NCBI GenBank assembly: GCA_044342325.1
Contig: JBIIPZ010000003.1
Coordinates: 1-64,000, forward strand
Length of the DNA: 64,000 nt
Reading direction: 5' to 3'
Origin: Terrimicrobiaceae bacterium
GTDB taxonomy: Bacteria > Verrucomicrobiota > Verrucomicrobiia > Chthoniobacterales > Terrimicrobiaceae
The position numbers were made by a program, and so were the translations under genes. Below are positions 41,181 through 51,201 of the stretch, one piece after another. The notes below the pieces were generated by a model. That model did not search any database. It was given only the letters and a program-made list of their open reading frames with translations, and was not told the origin of the DNA. How positions within the stretch are numbered: the stretch's first letter is position 1; each line of letters begins with the position of its first letter.

Positions 41181-43214
41181 GTGGCCCGCTCCTACACACT
41201 GCAAGCGCCTCCGGCCTCCTCCAGCGGCATCGACTACCCCTCGGAACTCAATGACCAGCAACTCGCCGCTGTGACATCTCCCGGCGGCCCGGCGCTGGTC
41301 ATTGCCGGCGCTGGCAGTGGAAAAACACGCACACTGACCTACCGCGTGGCTTGGATTCTGGAACAAGGCGTTCCCGCCCGCTCCATCCTGCTCCTCACTT
41401 TCACGAACAAAGCCGCGCGTGAAATGACCGAGCGGGTGCACACACTCATCCCCGGCGCCGCCGATGGACTCTGGGGTGGCACATTCCACTCGATCGGCAA
41501 CCGCATCCTCCGCCGACACGCCGAGGCCGTCGGGTTCCGCCAAGGATTCAGCATTATGGACCGCGAGGATGCCGAGGACATGATCGCCTCCGTTGTGGCC
41601 CAGGAGGGCATTGTTTCCACCGACAAGCGATTCCCAAAAGCTGGCGTGCTCTCCGACATCTTCAGCTATTCGATCAACACCGGCCTTCCAATTTCAAAAG
41701 TGCTCGTCGAGAAATACCGCTACTTCATTCCCCTCGCCCAAGACATCGAACGCGTTCAGACCGCCTACGAATCGAGAAAAAAGGAGGCGAACTCGATGGA
41801 CTTCGACGACCTCCTCGCTAAGACCCTCGAGCTTTTCCTGACGAATCCCGAGATCGCTGCGCAATACCAACGCCAATTCCAACACATCCTCGTCGATGAG
41901 TATCAAGACACCAACCGACTCCAGTCCGAACTCATCGACCTCCTCGCTGCACACCATGGGAATGTGATGGTCGTAGGCGACGATGCGCAGAGCATCTACT
42001 CGTGGCGCGGGGCGAATTTTGAAAACATCCTGCGTTTTCCCGAGACACACCCCGGCGCACAGGTCTTTAAAATCGAAACAAACTACCGCAGCGTGCCCGG
42101 CGTTCTGGATGTCGCCAACGCCGCCATTCTCACAAACGAAAACCAATTTCCAAAAAACCTCGCGCCCGTGCGCAAGCCGCATGCGGTGAAGCCCGCCCTC
42201 GTTGCCTTGCCGAACAACAACCAGCAGGCAGCCTTCGTCGCGCAGCGCATCATTGAACTCTCGGACGAGGGCGTGCCGCTCGAGCAGATCGCCGTCCTCT
42301 ACCGCGCCCACTACCACTCGATGGAGATGCAGCTCGAGTTCACACGGCGAGGCATCCCCTTTAGTATCACCAGCGGGCTTCGATTTTTCGAGCAGGCCCA
42401 TATCAAGGATGTCGCCGCATTCCTCAAATTCACCGTCAACCCGCGCGATGAAACCGCCTTCAAGCGCATGATCCGCATGCAACCGGGCATCGGCAACAAA
42501 ACCGCCGAGACGCTCTGGCAAAAGACCTCGGCGATCCTCGATGGGAAAACCAATTTCAAAGACCTCGCTGGCCTCAAGATTCCTGCCAAAGCTCAAAAGT
42601 CGTGGGACCAATTTATTCACACCCTTGGAGACCTCGCTCCTGCCGAGGGCCCCATGAAGCCAGCCGAGATGATCTCCTGCGTCCTCTTCGCCGTTTACGA
42701 GGACTACATGAAGGAGAAATTCCCGAACTACGACGCCCGCCATGAGGATCTCGTCACGCTGCAGGAATTCGCCGGGCAATTTGAAACGACATCCGACTTC
42801 CTCTCCCAACTCGCCCTGCTGGGCAGTTTGGAAACGGCCAACGCCTTCGCCGAAGCGGGTGAAACCGAGAAAGTGACCCTCTCCACACTCCACCAAGCCA
42901 AAGGCCTCGAGTGGAAAGTCGTCTTCCTCATCTGGCTCGCCGACGGAATGTTTCCAAGCAGCCGCAGCATCGAGGACCCTCGCGCGCTCGAGGAGGAACG
43001 CCGTCTTTTCTATGTCGGCGTGACCCGCTGCATGGACGAACTCTACCTCACCTACCCCGAGATGCGCCTCGCCGCCGGCTACGACCAGTCATTCTACTCC
43101 CCCTCGCGCTTCCTCCGCGAAGTCCCGGAATCCCTGTTTGAATGCTGGGAAGTCAATCAAGCACCGCGCACCTTCTCCTCCACCCGCCACGAAGACGGCG
43201 AAATCCCGTTTTAA
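41181..43214 (+). CDS. UvrD/PcrA-family ATP-dependent DNA helicase
   Basis: AGAGSGKT, TFTNKAA, VDEYQDTN, NYRS, HQAKGLEW, EERRLFYV; ends in an SSB-like acidic tail EDGEIPF. Confidence 0.93.
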   Translation: MARSYTLQAPPASSSGIDYPSELNDQQLAAVTSPGGPALVIAGAGSGKTRTLTYRVAWILEQGVPARSILLLTFTNKAAREMTERVHTLIPGAADGLWGGTFHSIGNRILRRHAEAVGFRQGFSIMDREDAEDMIASVVAQEGIVSTDKRFPKAGVLSDIFSYSINTGLPISKVLVEKYRYFIPLAQDIERVQTAYESRKKEANSMDFDDLLAKTLELFLTNPEIAAQYQRQFQHILVDEYQDTNRLQSELIDLLAAHHGNVMVVGDDAQSIYSWRGANFENILRFPETHPGAQVFKIETNYRSVPGVLDVANAAILTNENQFPKNLAPVRKPHAVKPALVALPNNNQQAAFVAQRIIELSDEGVPLEQIAVLYRAHYHSMEMQLEFTRRGIPFSITSGLRFFEQAHIKDVAAFLKFTVNPRDETAFKRMIRMQPGIGNKTAETLWQKTSAILDGKTNFKDLAGLKIPAKAQKSWDQFIHTLGDLAPAEGPMKPAEMISCVLFAVYEDYMKEKFPNYDARHEDLVTLQEFAGQFETTSDFLSQLALLGSLETANAFAEAGETEKVTLSTLHQAKGLEWKVVFLIWLADGMFPSSRSIEDPRALEEERRLFYVGVTRCMDELYLTYPEMRLAAGYDQSFYSPSRFLREVPESLFECWEVNQAPRTFSSTRHEDGEIPF

Positions 43215-43240
43215 AAAGGGCTCGCGCAAGGCACATCCGG

Positions 43241-43295
43241 CTTGGCAGGAGTGCCCCGACCTTTTGCCAAGACAGGTTGCATGGCTCTCCATGCA
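43241..43295. terminator. Two hairpins between convergent genes (possible terminator)
   Basis: CTTGGCAGGAG...CTTTTGCCAAG (43241-43271) and TGCATGG-CTCT-CCATGCA (43278-43295). Confidence 0.4.
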
Positions 43296-43319
43296 GGACA
43301 ACAGCCGAGGTTCGATCTA

Positions 43320-43625
43320 TCAGATAGAATCAGAAACTGAAAGCTGCTGCTCGACCCACTTTGGCTTCCGGCGGCAATCCAAAACTCGATAGACAACGAT
43401 ATCGTCGCCTCTGACCTTGTAGTAGATGGCGTAAGGAAATCGTCTTGCAATTAGCCTGAAAAATCCCAGGTGAAGCGAATGGATTCCTGCAAAGACCAAT
43501 AGGGAATCGATTTCAGAAAAGAAGCTGTCAAAAAAGTAATCTCCGAGACCATCGCCTTGGAGGTCATAAAATTTTCGCCCCTGAGAAAGATCCTCGATGG
43601 CGGAGGTTAGAACCCGCAGGTTCAT
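43320..43625 (-). CDS. Type II toxin, RelE/ParE family
   Basis: AIEDLSQGRKFYD...GLGDYF...RFPYAIYY...VLDCRRKP; overlaps the antitoxin stop. Confidence 0.88.
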   Translation of the reverse strand: MNLRVLTSAIEDLSQGRKFYDLQGDGLGDYFFDSFFSEIDSLLVFAGIHSLHLGFFRLIARRFPYAIYYKVRGDDIVVYRVLDCRRKPKWVEQQLSVSDSI

Positions 43626-43837
43626 TCAAATTCTTTTCTGAGCTTTCTTTTGGCCTCTTCCCAGTCGATCGCCTGGACTCTCCCAAGTTTGAAGTCCCTT
43701 TCTGTCTTTCGGAGTTCTTCGCCATGCCAAGAAGGGCTTTGAAAAAGCGCGTCCTCATCCGCAAGGTCAGACCAAAGAGCCTCGACAATTTGAAGCTTTT
43801 CCCGGCGGGGGAGTTGGCGCAACTCGGCGATGCTCAT
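43622..43837 (-). CDS. Addiction-module antitoxin (TIGR02574-like)
   Basis: 71 aa, MSIAELRQLPRREKLQIVEALWSDL...SPSWHGEEL...IDWEEAKRKL; last part of the spurious 43622..45166 ORF. Confidence 0.85.
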   Translation of the reverse strand: MSIAELRQLPRREKLQIVEALWSDLADEDALFQSPSWHGEELRKTERDFKLGRVQAIDWEEAKRKLRKEFE

Positions 43838-43893
43838 GGGCTGAAATTTATGCCATCTGTCAACAGATGCAAGGCAATCTCGGACATCACCTC

Positions 43894-43920
43894 CTCTGTG
43901 TTCCCTGTGCGCTCTGTGGT
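43894..43920. repeat. 9-bp-period triple repeat
   Basis: CTCTGTGTT CCCTGTGCG CTCTGTGGT. Confidence 0.6.
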
Positions 43921-44005
43921 CAATCCATCCAGACGCCGGTTTACCCACCACTCGTATCGGTTTGCAGGAGCGGACTGTTCCACATAAGATCCGCCTTTTT
44001 CCAAA

Positions 44006-46546
44006 ATGAGCACGCAGCGCAAGCAGTATCCGTTCACTGAATTCGAAACCCGTTGGCAACAGCACTGGCTGGAAGCTGGAGCATTCCGCGCAGCCAATCC
44101 GGGCGATGCCAATTTCGACGCCTCCAAGCCGAAATACTACATTCTCGACATGTTCCCCTACCCCAGCGGCGATGGCTTGCATGTCGGCCATGTCGAGGGA
44201 TACACAGCCACTGACATCCTTGCGCGCTTCCACCGCATGCAAGGCTTCAATGTTCTCCATCCCATGGGCTGGGACGCCTTCGGATTGCCTGCGGAACAAT
44301 ACGCCATCAAAACTGGACAACACCCGCGCGTCACCACGGCCCGAAACATCGACAACTTCCGCCGTCAACTCCAGGCCGTGGGTTTTAGCTACGATTGGGA
44401 TCGCGAAGTCAGCACCACCGACCCCGGCTACTTCCGGTGGACGCAGTGGATTTTCCTCCAACTCTACAACGCCTGGTTCAACCCCACGACACACAAGGCC
44501 GAACCCATCTCCACCTACACCGGCAATGATACCGACTCCGTGCGCCTCGCCTATGTCGCCGAAATGCCGGTGAACTGGTGCCCACAACTCGGCACCGTGC
44601 TGGCCAACGAGGAAGTCGTCGACGGCAAGAGCGAAGTCGGGGGATTCCCCGTCGAGCGCCGTCCACTCCGCCAATGGATGCTCCGCATCACCGCCTTCGC
44701 AGAGCGCCTTCTGGATGGACTCGATGGACTCGATTGGCCTGAGGGCATCAAACTTCTCCAGCGAAACTGGATCGGCCGTAGCGAGGGAGCCTTGGTTAAA
44801 TTCCAAATCGAAAACGCGCCGTGCGAAGTGGAAGTCTTCACGACACGCCCCGACACTCTCTTCGGCGCGACCTACATGATCCTCGCGCCCGAGCATCCGC
44901 TCGTTACCGCCATCACCACTCCCGAACAACGCGAAGCCGTCGAAAAATACAAAGCCTCCGTCGCCTCCAAGAGCGACCTCGACCGCACAGAACTCAACAA
45001 GGAAAAAAGCGGCGTCTTCACCGGCGCCTTCGCCATTAATCCCGTCAACGGCGACAAAATCCCTGTCTGGATCGCCGACTATGTGCTCATGGGCTACGGC
45101 ACAGGAGCCATCATGGCAGTCCCCGCGCACGACGAGCGCGACTTCGAATTCGCCACAAAATTCCAACTCCCCATCCGCGAGGTGGTGCGTGGCAGCTCAG
45201 CAAATGAAGCCTCCTCCTGCTTTGCAGGCGAGGGAGTGGCTGTGAACTCGGGATTTCTCGAAGGCCTGCCGACCTCCGAGGCCAAGCAAAAGATCACTGT
45301 TTGGCTGGAGGAAAAGGCCCTCGGCCGAGGCACTGTGAACTACAAACTTCGCGACTGGCTTTTCTCCCGCCAGCGCTACTGGGGCGAGCCATTCCCCATC
45401 GTGTGGGAAGGCGGACGCCATCGCGCACTGACCCAGGACGAACTTCCCGTCATCCAGCCGGACATGGAGGATTTCAAACCCACTGGCACGCCGGAGCCAC
45501 CACTCAGCAAGGCTCTCGAATGGTTGAAATACTCGAACTCCGCACAGCGTGAGACCAACACCATGCCTCAATGGGCCGGTTCCTGCTGGTATTACCTGCG
45601 CTTCTGCGATGCCACAAATTCCGACCGCTTCATCGGCAAAGAAGCCGACGAATACTGGATGGCGCGCAATGAGAAGCCCGGCGGCGTCGACCTGTATGTC
45701 GGCGGCACCGAGCACGCCGTGCTGCATCTCCTCTACGCCCGCTTCTGGCACAAAGTCCTCCATGACCTCGGCCATGTGGCGACGCCCGAACCATTCCAGC
45801 GTTTGGTCAACCAAGGCATGATCCTCGGACCCGACGGCCAAAAAATGTCCAAGAGCCGGGGCAATGTCATCACGCCCGACAGTGTGATCTCGGAATACGG
45901 CGCCGACTCGCTGCGTCTCTACGAAATGTTCATGGGCCCACTCGAACAAATGAAACCCTGGAGCATGAAAGGCGTTGAAGGAGTTTACCGCTTCCTCGCC
46001 CGCGTCTGGCGCTTGGCCATGGAGGAAAACCAGGAAGGCGAATGGATCCTCTCGAGCGACCTCGCCGAGATTCCGCTCACCTCGCAGCAACTCCGCATCG
46101 CCCACGCGACCATCAAGAAGGTGACATCCGACATCCGCCTGCTCGCCTTCAACACAGCGATCTCGCAAATGATGGTTTTCACAAACGAATTCGTGAACGC
46201 CAAGCCACGTCCACTCGAAGCGCTGCGCATCCTCCTGCCACTCCTGAGCCCCTTCGCGCCGCACCTCGCCGAAGAACTTTGGAGCCGGCTTGGTTTCTCA
46301 GGCCTCGCCTCCAAGCAAACTTGGCCCGTGCACGACGAATCCCTCCTCGTCGAAAACGAAGTCGAACTCGCCGTGCAGGTGAACGGCAAAGTCCGCGAGC
46401 GACTTGTCATTTCAAAAGAGGCCACCAAGGAGGAAATCGAAAAAGCCGCCCTCGAGAGCCCAAAAATCCAAGAAGCCACCGCAGGACAAAGCATCGTCAA
46501 AGTCGTCGTTGTCCCCGGAAAACTCGTAAACATCGTCGCCAAATAA
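44006..46546 (+). CDS. leuS: Leucine--tRNA ligase
   Basis: [47 protein letters not shown]. Confidence 0.97.
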   Translation: MSTQRKQYPFTEFETRWQQHWLEAGAFRAANPGDANFDASKPKYYILDMFPYPSGDGLHVGHVEGYTATDILARFHRMQGFNVLHPMGWDAFGLPAEQYAIKTGQHPRVTTARNIDNFRRQLQAVGFSYDWDREVSTTDPGYFRWTQWIFLQLYNAWFNPTTHKAEPISTYTGNDTDSVRLAYVAEMPVNWCPQLGTVLANEEVVDGKSEVGGFPVERRPLRQWMLRITAFAERLLDGLDGLDWPEGIKLLQRNWIGRSEGALVKFQIENAPCEVEVFTTRPDTLFGATYMILAPEHPLVTAITTPEQREAVEKYKASVASKSDLDRTELNKEKSGVFTGAFAINPVNGDKIPVWIADYVLMGYGTGAIMAVPAHDERDFEFATKFQLPIREVVRGSSANEASSCFAGEGVAVNSGFLEGLPTSEAKQKITVWLEEKALGRGTVNYKLRDWLFSRQRYWGEPFPIVWEGGRHRALTQDELPVIQPDMEDFKPTGTPEPPLSKALEWLKYSNSAQRETNTMPQWAGSCWYYLRFCDATNSDRFIGKEADEYWMARNEKPGGVDLYVGGTEHAVLHLLYARFWHKVLHDLGHVATPEPFQRLVNQGMILGPDGQKMSKSRGNVITPDSVISEYGADSLRLYEMFMGPLEQMKPWSMKGVEGVYRFLARVWRLAMEENQEGEWILSSDLAEIPLTSQQLRIAHATIKKVTSDIRLLAFNTAISQMMVFTNEFVNAKPRPLEALRILLPLLSPFAPHLAEELWSRLGFSGLASKQTWPVHDESLLVENEVELAVQVNGKVRERLVISKEATKEEIEKAALESPKIQEATAGQSIVKVVVVPGKLVNIVAK

Positions 46547-46637
46547 AACCTACCAAGCAACCAGCGCCGCTCGCAAAAAACAGGATTTTTCCCCTTGTCA
46601 AAGCGGCTCCGGCGCTTAGTTTCTTCCTCCCCAACAC

Positions 46638-46712
46638 GGCGCCTTCGTCTAGCGGTTAGGACACAGCCCTCTCACGGCTGGTGCACGGGTTCGATTCCCG
46701 TAGGCGTCGCCA
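46638..46712 (+). tRNA. tRNA-Glu (anticodon CTC)
   Basis: Acceptor stem GGCGCCT/AGGCGTC, anticodon arm CAGCC-CTCTCAC-GGCTG, T-loop GGTTCGATTCCC, encoded CCA; 75 nt. Confidence 0.95.
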
Positions 46713-46820
46713 TTTTTTTACCCTCCACTTTCACCCCATCAACCGCGCAACAAAATTAGTTCAGCCGGTGACTCTGCATAGTTTTGAGAGTTTCTTGAAG
46801 TTCGGTCTTCTTTGAAATTT

Positions 46821-47133
46821 TTTTCATGAAGCTGTGACAAAACTGGCCTGAGAGTTAGGCAGTCGAAAGTCGCGATCTTCGGCCAAGATTGGTCCAAGGT
46901 TACGAATTTGTAACATGCGTCCCATTGCAATCGAGGTGGCACACAATAATTCAACAGGGTGCACTTGGTGTGAGAATCAGTGCAACAGGAACAGGCGGGG
47001 GCAGCGCCTCCGCCTGTTTCACAACTCCGCGAAGATCCCAGTTTGTATTCTCGGCAACTCGTCTTTTGACTGAAGAACCAGTCAACCCAAAACAACAGAT
47101 CAAGCCCGTTTCCTTTGTGACAAGATTGTAACA
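46821..47133 (+). promoter_or_regulatory. Three 11-bp-period GTnAC direct-repeat sites (Pho-box/OmpR-family-like)
   Basis: TTTTCATGAAGCTGTGAC (46821), GTTACGAATTTGTAACA (46899), TGTGACAAGATTGTAACA (47116). Confidence 0.45.
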
Positions 47134-47181
47134 TTACTCCGGTTGCCGGGTCTGGGTCCGACTGCTGACCTACTGCGCTCA

Positions 47182-48822
47182 ATGATTCGGAGTTCTCACA
47201 CCATCCGCTTCAGACGCTTGATCCTTCACTTGGTATTGGGAGTCTTTGTCGCCCTGTCTGCCCGCCTGGCCGCACAGGACGCGAATCCTTTTATCGATGA
47301 GGAACCGCCGCCAGTCGTGGATCCCGAGCCTCCGCAGACATTTTCCATACGCGAATTCCGCGTGGTGGGCGCCAAGACACTTCCGACCGGAGCGGTGGAC
47401 AAGGCGCTCTACAGCCACACCGGGCCGGGCCGCACGCCGGAGGATGTCGAAAATGCCCGTATGGCCCTCGAGAAGGCCTACCATGATGAAGGCTACCAGA
47501 CCGTTTCCGTCTCCGTGCCGCCTCAAGGCGTGAATACCGGCGTCATTGTGCTGCAGGTCACCGAGGCGACCGTTGGACGCCTACGCGTAAAGGGTTCCCG
47601 CTTTTTTGACATCGAGAGGATCAAAAAAATGGCACCGGCGCTTGCAGAGGGCACGGTGCCGAATTTTAACGATGTGCAGCGCGACATCATCGCCCTCAAC
47701 CAGACAGCCGATCTCCAAGTCACTCCATCACTGGCTATTGGAAAAACACCGGGAACTGTCGATGTCGATCTGACGGTGAAGAACAAGTTTCCCCTGCACG
47801 GCAGCGTGGAGCTGAACAACCGCTACAGCACGAATACAACGCCCCTCCGCCTCGACGCCTCAGTGCGCTATGACAATTTATGGCAGATGGGTCACACGAT
47901 CGGCGCAGGCTTCCAGATCGCCCCGCAGCGCCCGAGCGACGCCCTGATTTTCTCCGGTTATTATATAGCACGCACGCCATCCATCGACTGGGTTGCGCTC
48001 ATGCTCCAAGCCACACGCCAGAACAGCGAGGTCTCCACACTCGGCGGCACCGACTCGCTCGGAAACGGCGAAATCTACGGCGGGCGCTTCCTTTTCAACC
48101 TCCCCGCCAAGACCGGATTCTACCACTCGGCCAGTATGGGCATTGACTACAAGGACTTTGCTCAAGATCTCGTTGTGGGCAACCAAACGGTTTCCAGTCC
48201 CCTCACCTACTGGCCGTTTTCGATCAACTACAACGCCAGCTCGATCGGCAAACACTACGAAACCGAGTTCGGTGCCGGCGTGACCTTCTCTTTCCGTGGA
48301 ACAGGCACGCAGGAGGCGATTGATTTCGACAACCGCCGCTACAATGCGAATGCGAATTTTTTCTACCTGCGCGGCAATCTGGCCCACACGCAGAAGCTGC
48401 CTTGGGATTTCCAACTCTTCGGCGAGGTGCAGGGCCAGGCGACGGCGAATCCCCTCGTGGACACCGAGCAATACAGCCTCGGCGGGCAATCCACCGTTCG
48501 CGGTTACCTCGAATCCGTCGTCACGGGCGACAATGCCATCGCCGGCACGCTGGAATTCCGCACTCCATCGCTCCTCGGTTGGCTTCCGAAAGGGAACGAG
48601 TGGCGCTTTTTCGTCTTCATCGACGCCGGCTACGCCATGCTCAACGATCCCCTCCCCGAGCAGACCTCGACCTTCAACCTCTGGAGTTACGGCGTCGGCA
48701 CCAGCATTCGTCTCGTGGACCACATCAATGGCGATTTCTTCATCGGCATTCCTCAGATCACCCAATCACCCTCCGAGGCCTACCAACCGCTCTTCTCCTT
48801 CAGCATCTCCGCAGAACTTTAA
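47182..48822 (+). CDS. ShlB/FhaC/HecB-family two-partner secretion translocator (TpsB)
   Basis: Signal peptide, POTRA-like segments (LEKAYHDEGYQTVSV, EATVGRLRVKG), conserved VRGY loop (LGGQSTVRGY), beta-barrel C-terminus; start placed at ATG 47182. Confidence 0.9.
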   Translation: MIRSSHTIRFRRLILHLVLGVFVALSARLAAQDANPFIDEEPPPVVDPEPPQTFSIREFRVVGAKTLPTGAVDKALYSHTGPGRTPEDVENARMALEKAYHDEGYQTVSVSVPPQGVNTGVIVLQVTEATVGRLRVKGSRFFDIERIKKMAPALAEGTVPNFNDVQRDIIALNQTADLQVTPSLAIGKTPGTVDVDLTVKNKFPLHGSVELNNRYSTNTTPLRLDASVRYDNLWQMGHTIGAGFQIAPQRPSDALIFSGYYIARTPSIDWVALMLQATRQNSEVSTLGGTDSLGNGEIYGGRFLFNLPAKTGFYHSASMGIDYKDFAQDLVVGNQTVSSPLTYWPFSINYNASSIGKHYETEFGAGVTFSFRGTGTQEAIDFDNRRYNANANFFYLRGNLAHTQKLPWDFQLFGEVQGQATANPLVDTEQYSLGGQSTVRGYLESVVTGDNAIAGTLEFRTPSLLGWLPKGNEWRFFVFIDAGYAMLNDPLPEQTSTFNLWSYGVGTSIRLVDHINGDFFIGIPQITQSPSEAYQPLFSFSISAEL

Positions 48823-48831
48823 CCGCACGAT

Positions 48832-50787
48832 ATGAAAACAACCGCATTCATCCGAACAGCCCTTCTCGCCGCCACGGCCCTTGTTTCCGTCACAGCGAAC
48901 TCACACGCCTGGTGGAACAAAGATTGGACCGCCCGCAGGCCCGTCACAATCGATACCACCAAGACCGGATTTGAAATCAGCGAACCGGTCGGCACCGCCA
49001 CCATCCTCCTGCGCCTCCACCAAGGAAACTTCGATTTCTCGACCGCCAAAGAGGACGGCACCGACATCCGCTTTGTCACCGAGGATGACAAGACACCCCT
49101 CGAATCCCGCGTGGAAAAATGGGACGCCCTCATGAACGAAGGCTTCGTCTGGGTCAAAGTCCCCGACATCAAGCCCGGCGCCCAAACCAAAATCTGGCTC
49201 TACAGCGGCAACCCCGAAATCACCGCTGAGGAAGCCGCAGACCCGCTCGCAGCCCACGACACCGACACCATCCTCGCCTACAACTTCACCGTCGCCACCC
49301 CAAAAGACGCCACAAAAAATGCCAATAACGCCACCTCCGGCGGCACGCTCTCCGAGGGTGCCCTCATCGGCCCTGGCATGCGTCTCTTGGGCAATACCGC
49401 TACCAAGATTCCCGGTTCGGAAACCCTCCGCGCCGATGCTGGCCAGCCCTTCACCCTCTCGACATGGTTGAAACAATCTAGCCTCAACGAAAAAGGCGTC
49501 CTCTTTGATTGGGGTGATGACTCCGCCCGCTTCCAGGTTGTTTTCCAATCCGGCGCGCCGGTCGTTGTCATCAAATCCGCTTCCGGCACTTCCAAATCCA
49601 CACCCGCCGACCCAGTCGCTCCCAATGTCTGGAAACACATTGCCGTGGTCTCCGACGGTTCGAGCACGAAACTCTTCGTCGATGGCAAGGAATATTCCTC
49701 CGTCGCGGCAGGTCTCCCCGCCATCGTGGGCGACGCGACACTCGGCGCCGATGCGGATGGCAAAAACGGCCTCATTGGCGAAATTGACGAGTTCAGCCTC
49801 TCGAAAACCGCCCGCCCCGCAGGCTGGGTCCAACTCGCCTACACCGGCCAAGCCGGCAACGACGCCAGCACCAAGCTCGTCGCCCTCGGCGAAGGTGAAG
49901 GCGGGGCCAGCGCAGGCGGTCACGGCGGCGCGATGGAGCATGTCATGCTTTTCGGCGACATCGCCAAGAACATGATGTTCGACGGCTGGATCGCCATCGG
50001 AGTCTGCGTGATCATGATGGCAGCCGGCTGGACCGTTGCCGTCGTCAAATTCATTAACCTCGACAAAATCAAAAAAGGCAACGCCGAGTTCCTGCGCCTC
50101 TGGAAAGATGTCGCCACCGACCTCACCGCGATGGATCTCGACAACCCCGAATCCTCAAAAACATTCGGCGGCAAGATTGGCAAAAAAGGTCTCACCCTCC
50201 TCGCCGACTCCCCCCTCTACCACATCTACCATGTCGGCTCGGAGGAAATCCGCCACCGCCTCGGCTTCGGCAAAAACAAGGGCCAAGGTCTCTCCGCCCG
50301 CTCGATCCAAGCCATCCGCGCCTCGTTGGATGCCGCCCTCGTGCATGAACAGCACCGCTTGGGCAACGGCCTCGTCTACCTCACCACCAGCATCGCCGGC
50401 GGCCCCTATGTCGGCCTGCTCGGAACTGTCGTGGGCGTTATGATCACCTTCGCCATCATCGCGAAATCGGGCGAGGTGGATGTGAACTCGATAGCCCCCG
50501 GTATCGCCAGCGCGCTCCTCGCCACCACAGTCGGCCTGCTGGTCGCGATTCCCGCGCTTTTCATGTATAGCTTCCTGAATACCAGCATCAAACACACCGT
50601 TTCAGCCATGCAGGTATTCATCGACGAGTTCGTCGCCAAGGTCGCCGAATTCTACCCCACCCCAGGAGATTCGGCCCTCACGGTTCCCATTCGCCAAATC
50701 CGCACCCCAGAAGAGGCCGCCCGCTACGAGGAAACCAAAGGCGATGAGAATGCCGCCATCATGGACGGCCTCATCAAACGCAAATAA
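48832..50787 (+). CDS. DUF2341 + LamG/ConA-like + MotA/TolQ/ExbB fusion protein
   Basis: WWNKDWTARR, DGTDIRF, WVKVP (DUF2341-like); WKHIAVV...LFVDG...GEIDE (LamG-like); PYVGLLGTVVGVM, APGIASAL, VAIPA (ExbB). Confidence 0.88.
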   Translation: MKTTAFIRTALLAATALVSVTANSHAWWNKDWTARRPVTIDTTKTGFEISEPVGTATILLRLHQGNFDFSTAKEDGTDIRFVTEDDKTPLESRVEKWDALMNEGFVWVKVPDIKPGAQTKIWLYSGNPEITAEEAADPLAAHDTDTILAYNFTVATPKDATKNANNATSGGTLSEGALIGPGMRLLGNTATKIPGSETLRADAGQPFTLSTWLKQSSLNEKGVLFDWGDDSARFQVVFQSGAPVVVIKSASGTSKSTPADPVAPNVWKHIAVVSDGSSTKLFVDGKEYSSVAAGLPAIVGDATLGADADGKNGLIGEIDEFSLSKTARPAGWVQLAYTGQAGNDASTKLVALGEGEGGASAGGHGGAMEHVMLFGDIAKNMMFDGWIAIGVCVIMMAAGWTVAVVKFINLDKIKKGNAEFLRLWKDVATDLTAMDLDNPESSKTFGGKIGKKGLTLLADSPLYHIYHVGSEEIRHRLGFGKNKGQGLSARSIQAIRASLDAALVHEQHRLGNGLVYLTTSIAGGPYVGLLGTVVGVMITFAIIAKSGEVDVNSIAPGIASALLATTVGLLVAIPALFMYSFLNTSIKHTVSAMQVFIDEFVAKVAEFYPTPGDSALTVPIRQIRTPEEAARYEETKGDENAAIMDGLIKRK

Positions 50788-50793
50788 CCAATT

Positions 50794-51192
50794 ATGGACG
50801 CTGGCGACGACAAATCCTTCGACGACATCAATGTGACCCCGATGGTAGACCTCTACCTCGTGCTTTTGTTGATTTTTATCATCATGACCACAGCCGGAGT
50901 CCAGGGAGTGAAAATCGATCTCCCGAAAGGCAGCAAGGCCCCGGCTCTCGGCGGCCCCAAGGGAAAATCCATCACCATCAACAACGAGGGCAAGCTCTTC
51001 CTCGACACCGTGCCGGTGACCATCGCCGAACTCGAGGCCAAGCTCAATGAGCACAAATCCAAGGTGCCCGAGTTCCCCGTCGTCGTCCGTGGCGACCGCG
51101 CCACGCAATACATGATGGTCATGGAAGTCCTCGATGTGCTCGGACGCCTCGACATCAAGCAAATCGGCCTTGCCACCCAAGCGCCCAAGTAA
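50794..51192 (+). CDS. ExbD/TolR family protein
   Basis: INVTPMVDLYLVLLLIFII, VRGDRATQY. Confidence 0.92.
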   Translation: MDAGDDKSFDDINVTPMVDLYLVLLLIFIIMTTAGVQGVKIDLPKGSKAPALGGPKGKSITINNEGKLFLDTVPVTIAELEAKLNEHKSKVPEFPVVVRGDRATQYMMVMEVLDVLGRLDIKQIGLATQAPK

Positions 51193-51201
51193 CCCAAGAC
51201 C

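Noticed and set aside
43838..45166. N-terminal 443 codons of the 514-aa minus-strand ORF
   Set aside because: Mostly antisense to leuS; only the last 71 codons form a recognisable antitoxin
46739..47182. 147-aa minus-strand and 80-aa plus-strand ORFs in the tRNA-TpsB spacer
   Set aside because: No motifs, atypical composition; the region is better explained as regulatory
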